A stretch of DNA of 63,533 nt, the filler included. It is 13 parts of 13 records of this genome, joined end to end, with 100 filler letters (N's around TTAATTAATTAA, not from the genome) between each part and the next. Parts side by side here need not be neighbours in the genome. Positions count along the whole stretch, not along the records: positions 43,066 to 52,606 come from SRR7504441_8426; positions 52,707 to 56,192 come from SRR7504441_8429; positions 56,293 to 60,378 come from SRR7504441_8444; 10 more parts are not named here. One strand, 5' to 3'. The notes beneath the pieces were generated by a model. That model worked only from the letters and a program-made list of their open reading frames with translations, was not told the DNA's origin and did not search any database. Positions within the stretch are counted from its first letter, which is position 1, and the number at the start of each line of letters is the position of its first letter. This document shows positions 44,203 through 56,323 of this stretch, one piece after another. The translations under genes and the position numbers were made by a program.

Positions 44203-44957
44203 TTATGTTTCACCTAAGAACTGCCCACAATAACCTTTGCACGCATTTCTTACACATGCACGCGCGAACGGAATGTAGGAAAGGCAATACCTGTGTGCAA
44301 GATTATGGCGAAAGGCTCAAGCGGCGTACCATATCCATGCCAGAAGTTGAACGATGCACGAAATAATAATCAGGAGCACTCGAGTTTTGTTCGGAATCCC
44401 CTTCACCAGCGCAAATGTGATGGTTGTGGCGATTGCCAGCAAGAATATGATTGTGGCGATCCGTCGGCGCTCGTCAAACATTTGTCGAAGCTGGTTGCAA
44501 GGTCCTGCCCAGCCAGCTCAGCCGATGTGTATATGCACTCGAATGCACCCATCAAGAAAAAGGTGGCGCACAACGCCACAATGTTGCCCACCGAGTAAGT
44601 TGTTGCAAACGGGACGCAATTGCCGGCCAGACACGCGGCCACCCGGAAGAACGAGCCGAAGGCTAGGAGGTACCCGAAACCAGCGCACACCACAAACCCG
44701 ATCAGCCGCTGCTTGAATGTGAGCGTGGGGCAATACTCGTTGACCGCCTCGCTGACCTGCTCCTGTCCAGCCCGAGACTCAGGTACCACCGCCCAGCCCG
44801 GGCTGCCTTGGCGTCATCCACGCCTCTTTCTAGGTCGCTCTTGGGCGTCTCGGGCTCCTTGCCTAAAAGGTTGTACAAGCCCACCTGTGCGCCCGCTCGC
44901 CGGCCCAGGCAGCGGCCCGACCTTAGCCTCAGCAGCCGCTGCCTTGACCGACTCCAT
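44203..44957 (-). CDS. SFT2: Got1/Sft2-family vesicle transport protein (multi-exon)
   Basis: LTFKQRLIGFVVC, FATTYSVGNIVALCATFFLMG|PCNQLRQMFDERRRIAT and W|YCLSYIPFAR. Confidence 0.9.
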
Positions 44958-45078
44958 CGTTCCCGCCAACAGGGGCTCAGCCTTCTCAGTCAACTCCGTG
45001 GTTCAGGCGACATACCGGGCCAGCATGCCTGCCGCTGTGCCACTCAGAATCCGTTGGTTGGTGGACCAGTAGCACATC

Positions 45079-47254
45079 ATGCTCCGGGCTGTGCTGCGAG
45101 GCTGTGGCGGGCTCAGCCGGGCCCAGCTGGGTCAGCGGATGGCCCGACTCCTGGCAACCACCACTGTCGAGGTCCCGCCCCTGCCGCGCGCCGGCCCGAC
45201 CGCCGCAGGTCCCGCCGATGGGCGAGTCGATCACCGAGGGCACCGTGGTTGGATTCCTCAAGTCGGTTGGGGACCCGGTCGAGCTCGACGAGCCGGTGAT
45301 CCAGATCGAGACCGACAAGGCCCCCGCGCCCGCTATGCCCGGCCCGAGCCGCTGGCAGGTGACAGTGGACGTGCCGGCCCCGTCGGCCGGAGTGATCACT
45401 GAGTTCCTTGCCGGCGAGGAGGAAGAAGTTGAGGTGCCGTTGCGGCCAGTCCACGGGAGAGCCCCCGCCAGGTCGGCCAGCCTCTGTTCACCATCGACGA
45501 CAGCGCCGCCCCGGCTGCCGCTGCGGACACCCCGGCAGCGGCACCAGAGCCGGCGGCAGCCGAGCCCGCGGGGGATCCTGTGATGGTTAAGGTGCCCGCC
45601 ATGGGAGAGTCCATCACAGAGGGTGGGCTGGACGGGGGGGAGGCGGGGGCTGAGCTGGGCGGCAGGCGTGGTGGCCACCTGGCTCAAGCAGCCGGGCGAG
45701 GCGGTGGCGGCGGACGAAGTGATAGTCCAGATCGAAACTGACAAGGCGACTCAAACAAATCCAGACTCCGTCGCTCAGCCCCGGCCAGGTGACAGTGGAC
45801 GTGCCCGCGCCGTTCGACGGCGTGCTGGGCGAGCTGATGGTCGCGGAGGAGGTTGGGGCTCGGCCATTGGCCCGGCTGACACCCGGGACAGGACACTGTC
45901 GAGGTGGACGCCCCGCTGTTCAATATCACACCGGGCGCTCCGCCCGCTCAAGCAGCGCCGGCCGCCGCCCCGGCCGCAGCTCCGGCCGCAGCTCCGGCCG
46001 CAACCAAGCCAGCAGGCATGCAGCGCGCCGGCGCGGCCGCTCAACGCACTGCGACAGCTGCTGGGCCGCCCAAGCCTGAGCCGGTGCCGGCCAAAGCAGC
46101 GCCAGAGAAGACGGCCAGCCCCGGGAGGTGGCCCGGCGGGAGCGCTGGCCGGACTGAGCCGATGCAGCCGGGTGACACGGAATGAGCCGATGACTCGTAT
46201 GAGAAAGAAGATCGCCTCTGCTCTCAAGGAGTCGCAGGTGGCCCTCTAGCTGGGCCAGGCCAACCCCGACGGCACAGAACACGGCGGCGCTGCTCACTAC
46301 GTTTAACGAGGTCGACATGTCTGCGCTGATGGCGATGCGTTCTCAGTACAAGGTGTGAGCTGATACCGACAGCATTGACGGAAGAGTGCCGCAGGATATG
46401 TTCTTGGAAAAGCACGGGTGCAAGCTCGGGTGCGTCCCGCCAGTGCCGGGTTGTCGGTTCACCGGTGACAGACTGATGAGTCCATTCTTTGCGGCGTGTG
46501 CAAAGGCGTTAGTGGCGCAGCCAGCTATCAATTCTCAAATCCATGGCGATGAGCAGGCTCGGCTGTCAATCGATCCGCGTGCTAGCTGGTCGGGTGCAGG
46601 TTTTTCATGACTATGCCGATATCGGGTTTGCTGCAGCCACACCAAAGGTGGTCGCTTGAGCCGCGGAGCGCGTGACTGGTACGCCGGTCCAGGGGTTGGT
46701 GGTTCCTGTACTGCGGAATGTCGAATCAATGACGCTCAAGGACATCGAGAGTGGAGTGGCCGCCATGGGGGCCAAGGCCAAAGCCAACAAGATCGAGCTC
46801 TCAGACATGGTCAGCTCGTGGGCTGCTGGCCAGGCTGACGTGCGGCTCAGACCGGCGGCACTTTCAGCATCACTAATGGCGGAGTATTCGGGTCACTGAT
46901 TAGCACTCCGATCCTCTCGGTGCCCCCCTGCCAGCCTGCGGCTCAGAACGCATTAGGTGCCTCAATCTGCGATCTTAGGCATGCACGGCATCTTCAAACG
47001 GCCGGTAGCCGTCAACGGCCAGATAGAGGTACGCCTGTCTCGATTGAGACAGCTGGGGCTCAGAATCCATTCAGGTGAGACCGATGATGTATGTTGCACT
47101 GACCTACGACCACCGCATCGTGGATGGGAGGGAGGCGGTCACTTTCCTCAAATCGGTCAAGGAGAGCGTGGAGGATCCCATAAGGTGGGCTAGGCCTTAG
47201 GCAAGGGCTTAATTAGGGACTGACCACACGGCTAGGATGTTGTTGGACGTATGA
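45079..47254 (+). CDS. DLST: Mitochondrial 2-oxoglutarate dehydrogenase E2 (dihydrolipoamide succinyltransferase), two lipoyl domains, about 17 introns
   Basis: Arg/Leu-rich transit peptide; two copies of [10 protein letters not shown]...[50 protein letters not shown]; ends RMLLDV*. Confidence 0.95.
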
Positions 47255-47601
47255 GCAGTCTCACGCTCTTTAGATTTGATAATCATGGAACTGATAAGCT
47301 TGATCTTGGGGCTATTGAGCTGTGTGCCACGAAGGATTCATTTCTGAACAACACTCTTTTCTTTGTCTTCAAGTGCTTGAAAAAGTGACATCTTATAAAT
47401 ATTGAACTGAGCTTTTGAACTGATAAAAATAGCACATAGGTCTATATACTTAATAATTAAGGTCAGTCATACATGTACTCTCATTCATATTAGGGTCGTA
47501 CACATAGTACCGTTAGCCTATATAAGTAGCCTATGCGGCATAGTACAGGTACACGTAATAGCTTATCTACTGCGGTTCGAGTTGATACTCGTATGCTTTT
47601 A

Positions 47602-50600
47602 TCAATGTTCCGAAGGCACAGCAGGCATAGCGGCGCTCTCTTCTGCAACCTCTTCCGCCGGAGCCGGTTGGAAGTCGCTAGCCTCCGAGTCCGAAAGAAA
47701 GACCTTACAAGCAAACCAGCCGACGCTGTTAGTAGTGGCGCAATCGACCGCGCCAGCTACAATCGCTCCTATCACCGGGATTGCGTGCGACAAGGCAGAA
47801 CTGCTTGCTCTCTCACTCAGCTGCTTGCCTGCCGCCTTTGCGCTCTCGCGTTCCATCACCGCTGCGAACGACTTTTGGGCCGAGCTTTTGGCTGCAGACT
47901 CAGCTGCTTGGACCGCCACAGTCTCACTCAGGCCTTGCGCCATCCGCTGCTCCATGATCCGTGCGAATTGCTGCTTGTACACCGTTTCAGCCATCTGAAC
48001 AGCTGTCCTCCTCGCCACGTTCTGGGCTCCGGCTTCAAGACTCTTTTCGACCGTGTGCACTGCAATACCTTTGAGTGCCTGCGCAGTGGCTTTGGTCAGG
48101 CCTATCTTGCCTACACCTGTGTTTTTGCGCGCAGCCCGTGTGGTTTCGAGCAGCGCTGTGCTGGCGCGAGTGAACGAAGTGTGGAATGTACTGAGCGCAT
48201 CAGCTGCCCACTTCCAGTTGCCTGTGCTATCATACTCGGCGCGCGCCTCAGGGTCTGATAGCGTCTCGTACGCCGCAGCCAGCAGCTTAAACCTCTTTTC
48301 AGCTGTCTCCACACACTCAGGGTTCTTATCAGGGTGCCAGCGCAGAGCCTGCTTCCGATAAGCCCGTCGGATCTCAGTTTCCGAAGCCGACTTTTCGACT
48401 TTGAGTAGGCCGTACAGGTCGCTAATATCCACCTCGTCTTCTGGGGGAGCGACCTCGTTCTGATGATCAGCTCCCTGTGCCGATTCGTAATTAAATTCGG
48501 TGTATAAAGCGAGCTGTGACTGAGGCTGAGTTGGCTCAGGCGCAGTTGGGACACTATGCAGCCCTGTCCGGAGTTCCGCCACTTCTTTACCGCCAACAAT
48601 ACAATGGAGTACTGCATTACACACACGCGGCAGCCAAGGATCAAATCCGCAGACGTAGCTGATGGAGAAGGCCAGTCGGGCGCTGGTCATCCATGTGGCA
48701 AGCATAGCGGTTGGCACAGTTAGCGGCATGGTGACAAACCCACCAAACCCGGTGAGGAACCCAGTCCCAAAGTTGAGGCCAGCATGCCAGCGGACCAGCG
48801 AGTGGCATGCGCTGCTCGCGTTGTTACCTTTGGCATACCGCGGGGCTACAGTCATGGCGCCCTCGAATGATCCGGCCTCGTTCCCATTTAGCGCGTACGT
48901 GTACAGCAACTTGAGCAGAACCTGGGTCTTGTCGGCCGACTGGTAAAGGTCCCGCCACCAGGTAAGCTTCTCCTCGACTTGACGTCGATCCAGCTCACTG
49001 TCCACCTCAGGCCGAATGCTCTGCTCGAACAGCCGGCCGACTCTGAGCTGGAGCTTCTGGCCAAGACCCTCGCTGTTAGTGCCGGCTGCATCAAGTACGT
49101 GGAACTTCTCAGTGCCGCCGAGCTGCTCCGGCCGCAGTTGATTGTCCCACACTACCTGCACCACCAAGTCGCTGTCCTGATCTTCGGCTGCGGCTGCTTC
49201 TGAGTCACACACACTCACACTCACCGCCTTGGCTATCCATTTATCTGGCGATGCTCCTTCCTTCGGCTTGTCATTCGCTGTCTCTTCGTTGCCACTATCG
49301 GTCGCTGAGGTCTCACCGGTGAATAATGACCAGAATGAGCATGGCGGTGGCAGCGGCGCCTGGCCTTTGGGCGTGGTTGGATTCGCAGTACGAGCAGACA
49401 GCTCGGATGAGGCTTGGTGCACCAGCACGATCCTGCTGCGGAGCTCGGGTACAAACACATGCTCTGCGAACAGATCGCCTTGCACCCACACCGAGTGCGG
49501 GGCTGGGCCACTCCAAGCCGCGCCATAGACGATTGCATCGAACTCCTCCTCGCTAATTGGTACCTTCCAGCCGCCAGCAGACACCCGAAACCGTGCCAAC
49601 TCTGCGAGTACTGGATCGTGCTGCCCCTGAGACTGTACAAAGTGCACATCAACTGCAGTTTCGCCATGTAGCACCGGTCGCCGTAACAAGCTGTTAGTGA
49701 CTGCCCATTTGCCCGGCTCGGACGGTCCGCCAATCCGGAGCTCTGCCAGCAGCGACACCTGTTTTGAGGCCAGATCGAGGCAGTCCTGGAGCGCATTGTC
49801 GCCCTGCATGAACTCTTTGGCACCGGTGGACAGCTCAGAAAGCTTGTCACTCAGCTCACGGATCGAGCACTCGAGCTCAGAGAATTGGGAGAGAAGGCGG
49901 TGCTTCCTGAACTCGGCCAGCAGGTGCTTGCCCTGAGCTAGGCTCCAGGCCATAACTGCCGGCTCCAAGTGCTGCTTAACCAGTTCCCCAAGTGAGGCCG
50001 TATCAGTGAGGCTCACCCAGCTACTTGGAGCTGGGCTCCAAGGGCAGCTTGCGGCCAGCGCCTTGGCTTGCGTCAGCTCACTCGACGAGAGGAGATCGGC
50101 CTTGGTTCTGACTTGAACAGTCGGCTCCAACTGGCACTCAGCCAGCGCCACAGAGCCGGCTGGCCTGCACAGGACCACTACAGGAAACCGATGCTGCAGC
50201 TGCTCCACAGGGAGCTCCGCCGGAGTATCCACTAGCACCAAGCTCACCCCGGACCGCCAGACTGCGCCCTGCGCACACCCGAGTCAGCCACTCTCACTGG
50301 ATAGGAGGGTCACCTCAGAGATAATAGAGCCCCGCAGTATGAGCTCTTCTGCCGATTCCTCGCGACGCTCCAGGAAATCGCCCAACGAGTCGCCGCAGTA
50401 GTACGCCCTCTGGCTCCACTCGAGCGGGTCGACCGCGACGCCGTCGGCTGTGAGGTAGCTGAGCTCGGCACTGGTCGCTGAATGCTCCAAGCGGACCAGA
50501 GAGGCTGTGCACGGGCCGAGCCTAGCCTTGAGCAACTCAGCCGAGCCGAGCAGTCTATTGATCAGGCTAGACTTGCCGCTATCGTGCCCCCCCACGAATG

Positions 50601-51601
50601 CCACCTCGCAGCTCCGCGAGAGTGCCGCCTCGACCATTGCCACCAGTCGGCCGGCCCGGCTGTCTGCGAGCATCGCTTCTATTTGCTCCAAGATCTGGCT
50701 CCGTTGTTCCATCCACGCGAGAGCGATCGAATCCGGCCCGCCAGCCCTGTCCAGCTCGCCGCGCGCCGGCTGCCAGAGCGCCCGGGACTCGGCAGGCTCT
50801 GCAAAAGGCTGCGCTGGCTGCACTGCCTGGGGGGCGAGGGCGCTCTGCCCGCTGTGCGTTAACCCGGCGGAGCTAAGCAGCTGCCGGAGCGGGCCGAGGT
50901 GCTGTCGGCACCCGGTCAGTCTCGGCGCGGGTAGGTGGCTATTCATCCAGTCACCTGCCGCCACCAGGCCGCCAGCTCGCTGGGTGGAGTCATCGCGAGC
51001 CCGGCGCTGTGCTTAGCAGCCACCCTCGAAGCCTAACCCGACCATTACGCTGGGCACAATCAGCCGGCCGACCTCCAGCGCCCACGCCCAGCTGGCCATG
51101 CACTCTGGGTCAGGCAAAAAGAGCACCAGCGACGCGCTGTTATTGCCTGATCGGATCGTCAGATAGTTCTTGGGCTTGTCTATGCAGATTTCACTGGCGT
51201 GCAGCAGAGACAGCGGCGGGCGAGCGTCGGCCGCAGAGGGCAGCTTGCTCCGCCGCGCCACCAGCACCTGTGCACCATGGGCCGGCGGTCAGCTCGGCCG
51301 GCCGGCCGGGCACCCCGCCGGCCAGTTCTAGCCACAGCTCCGGCCATTGGGAAAAAAAGGTCCCCGGCACCTGCCAGCCCATCGCGCGCGCGGGCGGGCC
51401 GGCGGGCGGCACCATAATCTGTGCCGGCCCGCACTTGTTGGGCACCCCGCCCGCACTCAGCCAGTCGGCGAGCTGGTCGATGCACCCGGCTGCCACCAGC
51501 TGAGCGAACGACAGCCCCGGCCCGGCGTCCCGGCTGGCCCGGCGGCCGGAGGGCGGCGGCGTGGGCGGCGGCCGGTAGTTGGGCGGGAAACTGATCTTCA
51601 T
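47602..51601 (-). CDS. PH + dynamin-N/Era-like P-loop GTPase + EcsC-family domain with an inserted DnaJ J-domain (multi-exon; start uncertain)
   Basis: PH-like exon ending CMASWAWALE; G1 GGHDSGKS; LVDTPA; TKAD; EcsC-like TGFLTGFGGFVTMPLTVP; J-domain DLYGLLKV...WHPDKNP...AYETLSDPEARAEYD; EcsC-like end AIPVIGAIVAGAVDCATTNSVG. Confidence 0.75.
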
Positions 51602-51904
51602 CGCAGCGCGAGAGGTCGGCCTCCCTTGGCTCCTTCACTGGGAGGCAGGACCGGCCGCCTCCTTCACTCGGAGGCAAGCCCGCTGCAGCCGCGGCCGTGA
51701 GCCAGAGAAATCTGGAGGACAGCACCGGCGCGCAGGCGGAGGCAGCGGCGGCAGAGGAGAGAGCGGTCTGCCCGTCCCCAGTAAGGATCAAGGAGTCTCT
51801 CCTCTCCCCGACGCCGGCGGTGGCGCGCTGTCAAGCTGGCGCGCGAGGCCGGGCCGATCATTCCGACCCCCGGCCGTCGGGTAGTCCGCAAGCAGTTTCG
51901 GGCT

Positions 51905-52606
51905 GTGCTGGACCGGCTGGAGTCTGCCCGTCTGCTCCCGCAGTTCGCTGAGCTTCCCCCGGCAGACCGGCAGATCCAGTGGAGCCAGCTTCCAGCTGCG
52001 GTGGACCCGTGCAGGCAGCAGCCGCCGATGCCGCCCGCGCGCGCCGGGCGGAAGCGGCTCCAGATCGAGGGCATGTGGCGGGGGCTGGAGCCGCTGGTGA
52101 AGCACCTGACCGCCCCTGTGCTGGTAGACTTTTGCGGCGGCTGCGCCAACCTCGGCCTGCCGCTCGCTGCGCTGCTCCCCTCGGCTCGAGTGATTGTGGC
52201 GGACGTCAACGAGCATTCCCTCGAGATCGCCCGGGCTCGGGCGGCCGAGGCGGGGCTCGCCAACCTGGAGCTCTGGCTGGGAGACGTTCGGCAGTTCGGG
52301 GGCCGATTCGATGCGGGACTGGCCTTGCACGCGTGCGGTGAGGCAACGGACGTCTCACTCGAGCGGTGTGTGGAGAGTGGTGCGGCTTACTTGATGTGCC
52401 CTTGCTGCGTGGGTAAGCTGCGCAGCGACCGATCGGCAGACGTGCACGTGGGTTTGAGCTCAGTGAGCTATCCACGGAGCGCGCGGCTGCGCGAGGTGCT
52501 CAGCCAGCGGGAGTACGATTTGCTTGCCACGGCTGGCGACCACGCCGAGGAGCGGTCCGGTCTGGCTGTGGGGCACCAACTTGCCAAGGCTGTGCTGGAG
52601 ATGGAC
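51905..52606 (+). CDS. SAM-dependent methyltransferase, GSTCD/Methyltransf_32-like (3'-truncated; start unclear)
   Basis: Motifs WSQLPAAVDP, RKRLQIE, LVDFCGGCANLGLPLA, LALHACGEATD, MCPCCVGK and YPRS. Confidence 0.85.
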
Positions 52607-53055
52607 NNNNNNNNNNNNNNNNNNNNNNNNNNNNNNNNNNNNNNNNNNNNTTAATTAATTAANNNNNNNNNNNNNNNNNNNNNNNNNNNNNNNNNNNNNN
52701 NNNNNNCGACCCCGTAGATCTCGATTCCGACCTTTTCAACCTTATTAGTTACAATCATGTACCCGAGGGCTATCGTGACTAGGGACTTCTAAGGACTACT
52801 AAAGGACTACAATGAAACTACATAACTAATTTATAGCGGGGTGGCTGCTCTGCCCCCCCCCCAGCCCCCAGCCGGCAGCCCACGCCGCCCCCGCGCCACC
52901 CTTGGTTTCGCGTGTCCGATTCGCGTGTGCTCCCTCGCCTCGCTCCTGCCCGACGGTCCGTTCTCGGCTGAAATCGAGAATATGTTATTATATTATTATT
53001 CCTAGTTATTCATCATGATTAATTCCTGATTCACTCGGAAGGCGGCAAGGCCGCA

Positions 53056-56003
53056 ATGGCTGCGATGAGCGAGCTTCAGGCCTTGCGGCTGGAGCTGGAG
53101 GAGCTGGAGGTGGGCCCGCCGGCGACTGGTCCCGACTGCTGCTGGGCAGGCCCGGCGCAAGGAGGAGTTCGATCGTCGGGACGCGATGAAGGAGAAGCTG
53201 GAGGAAGCCAAACACAACTACCAGGGCGAGGATGACGACACCAAGGCCCGGGACCAGCTGCGAAAATCGCTCCGGGAGAAGTTCGATAAGTTTGCTGGCA
53301 GCGACCAACTGATGAGCCTCGACGAGTTCAAGAAGGCGCTGGGTGCCAGAGCGACGCTACGGGGCTCAGCGTGGCCGCAGGGATTAAAGAGGAGGCGCTC
53401 GCCCAGGCTCTGTTCCACGGACTGAACACTCGCAAGGAGAACCAGAAACTGATCGACAAGATGGAGGTGCCGGCCCGCACTGGGCTGGCCCAACGGTCTG
53501 GTCCCAGTTCGTTGAGACGCTGGCGCTGCTCAACACCGGGTCGTTCCACGAGCGGGCCTCCATCGCGTTCAAGGTACGGCCGGGAGCGGAGCGGGCGGGG
53601 GCGACGGGCCGCAGATCTTTGACAAGGACGACGACGGGTTTGTGACCAAAGACGAGTTCAACCACATGCTGCAGTGCTCAATGATGGAGAACAACCTGAA
53701 AGTGGCACACGGGTCGGTCGGGGAAGACAAGCTAAAAGAGGCGAGCCGTTGGGATATATTCGACTGACGGCGGCCAGGTGGTGGACTTTATCTTCGCGCA
53801 GGAGGACGTGGGCGAGGATGGAATCACGTTCAATCAGTTTATGCACATTTTGGAGAAACACGACGTGGCCAGAAAGCTGCACATCGGCGGGTGCCCGGCG
53901 CTGAAGCGCAGCGCTGAGGCGTGCGGGCAGACTGGATGCCGGTCGCAGGCGTGGGCGCGGGTCGGCCTCCTGGATGGATGTAGAGATCCCCGAGCCCAGC
54001 GTGATGTGGAGGACGTTGGTGAACAATCGGAAGCAAATCTTCTTCTTCACAATGGTGTTCATACTGTGCGCGTGGGCTTTCTATTACAAGTTCGACGAGT
54101 ACGACCAAGGCGCTAAGTTTGACCTGTATGGCTATGGTCTGCCCGTGGCCAAAGGATTTGCCGATGTGATGAAGGTGATAAACAGTGTCTTGCGGTGATG
54201 CTGAGCGCACGCGCAGGTGAGCCTGGTGATCCTGATGATTTTTATGTGCCGCACCTTCATCACCGTCTGGCGCGGCACCTGGGTGGGCAAGTATCTGATC
54301 GAGTTTGACGATGCGGTCGCATATCACAAAGCGCTGGCGCGCGTGTTCTGGTACGCCATGTGGGGCCACATCATCGCACACATCGTCAACGTGGAGAACC
54401 AGATCGCCGACTCCAACCAGCTGCTGCTCGAGGCGGCCTATCCGGACGACTGGGAGAACCTGGACACTCGCTGGAAGGCGTACACCACTGCAACTGCAGT
54501 AACTGGTGAACTGCTCACGCTCTTCTTTAGTATCGTTTACTTTTTTGCTTTGGACTGGCCTCGCAAGTGTGAGTGGTTTGCCAAGACGGCGATGGGCAAG
54601 TTCGCCAACGATTTCAACGTGTTTTGGGGAGCACACCACCTGGTGTTCCTGTGCTTCATCTTGTTAATCATCCACCCATGGCCCGGTGGCTCGCCCTGCC
54701 GCAGCTTGGCTGATAGGCGCGGCAGGGCTATGCTGGGACCCTTGCGATTCGAACGACCCTCTGCACGGGGACACCTGGCAGTGGCTGCTGCTCCCGTTGA
54801 TACTATACGGGACCGAGCGGATCATGCGCGAGGTGAGGAACAGGACCGAGAAATTCCGGCCGGCCGTGCGGCACGCCAAGCTCAAACCGGGCAACGTCCT
54901 TCAGCTCCAGCTCGAGAAGCCGCCCAGTTGGGACCTCGGGGGCGGCAAGGTGCAGGCCGGGATGTATTGCTTCATTCTGTGCCCTGAGATCTCCGGATAC
55001 GAGTGGCACCCGTTCACACTCACCTCGGCACCCGGCGAAGACTTTGTGGAGGTGCATGTCCGTGGGCTCGGGGACTGGACCGGTGCGCTGTGCAAACTTT
55101 TCAATGGGATTGAGAAAAAGATTGACGCCGTCAGAATGGACGCGGCCGAGAAGGGTGAGGCGCAGGGCTTGTTGGAGGACGTTCCTGAGTGGCCACTGAT
55201 GGGGCTCCAAGGCCCGTTTGGCGCACCAGCTCAGGGCTATGACAACTTTAAGGTGGGTCGGTCCAGGCAGTCGGATTTGAGGCCAGTGACAGGTGCTGCT
55301 GTTGGTTGGAGCCGGGATTGGCGTGACCCCCTGGATATCGATCCTTAAAGACATCTGGCACAAGTTTGAGTCCCGACGGTGCTGCTTGCCTGAGGACCGA
55401 GTAAAAACCCGGCCTCAGGTGCCCAGATTGCCACCGGATCAACCAGACAAATTTTGCTCTAAAGAAGGTCTATTTCAATTTCATCTCGCGCGACCAGCAG
55501 TCCATGACCTGGTTCAAGGACACCATGAACCCGATCGTGCTGAATGACGAGAAGCAGCTGATCGAGATCCACCAGCACATCACTTCAGTCAAGGAGGAGA
55601 CTGACCTGCGCTCGGCCACCATCAAAATCGCGCAGGATACGGCGCTGAAGATGGATCACGATAGAGTGAAAGTGCGGGAGTCGATCCGCGAGTCGACGCA
55701 GAGTGGTGAGACATACGACGAGATGATGGACGGGTTTGCTGGGAAGGATATCCTGACTGGGATGGAGGCTAACATTGGGCTGCACTTTGGCAGGCCTAAC
55801 TGGGATAAGGTGTGCCCAGACAGCTGGCTCTTGCCGAACATCGGGGGCAGATATTCCAGTATATTAAAAAGGAGCACCCACTGGACCGAGTTGGGGTATT
55901 CTATTGTGGGCCGCCGGTGATCGGGAGCATGCTCGACAAGTGCTGCGAGAAGTATGACGAGATGTATGGCACTCGGTTCTTCTATCACGAGGAGCACTTC
56001 TAG
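53056..56003 (+). CDS. EF-hand NADPH oxidase (NOX5/RBOH-like), about 11 introns
   Basis: EF loop DKDDDGFVTKDE; haem His in YHK..HIIAH and HHL..IIH; FAD-binding EWHPFTLTSAP; GPFGAP; NADPH-binding GAGIGVTP; FGRPNW; VFYCGP; ends HEEHF*. Confidence 0.95.
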
Positions 56004-56323
56004 CTCGGGACGAGCTTGTAACATTACAGCACAAGCGTGACTCAGCAGCCTGGTGCAAGAACTGACAGGGTCCCCATGACCGCTGTCCACGGATCATGCG
56101 TGTGCAAACATCAATCTAGAGGGTGCATATTGACAACCCAACAACGCCACTACGGAGGGGTGTAGCCCCCGTCATTTAGCAGTACTGGAGCGNNNNNNNN
56201 NNNNNNNNNNNNNNNNNNNNNNNNNNNNNNNNNNNNTTAATTAATTAANNNNNNNNNNNNNNNNNNNNNNNNNNNNNNNNNNNNNNNNNNNNCAACGCCT
56301 AATATAAATTTGGATCGCTCGAG

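Noticed and set aside
45079-47254. Stop-codon reassignment, programmed frameshifting or mass pseudogenisation to explain the broken ORFs
   Set aside because: Nearly all breaks resolve as short GT/GC-AG introns that restore conserved motifs. TAA, TAG and TGA all serve as true stops.
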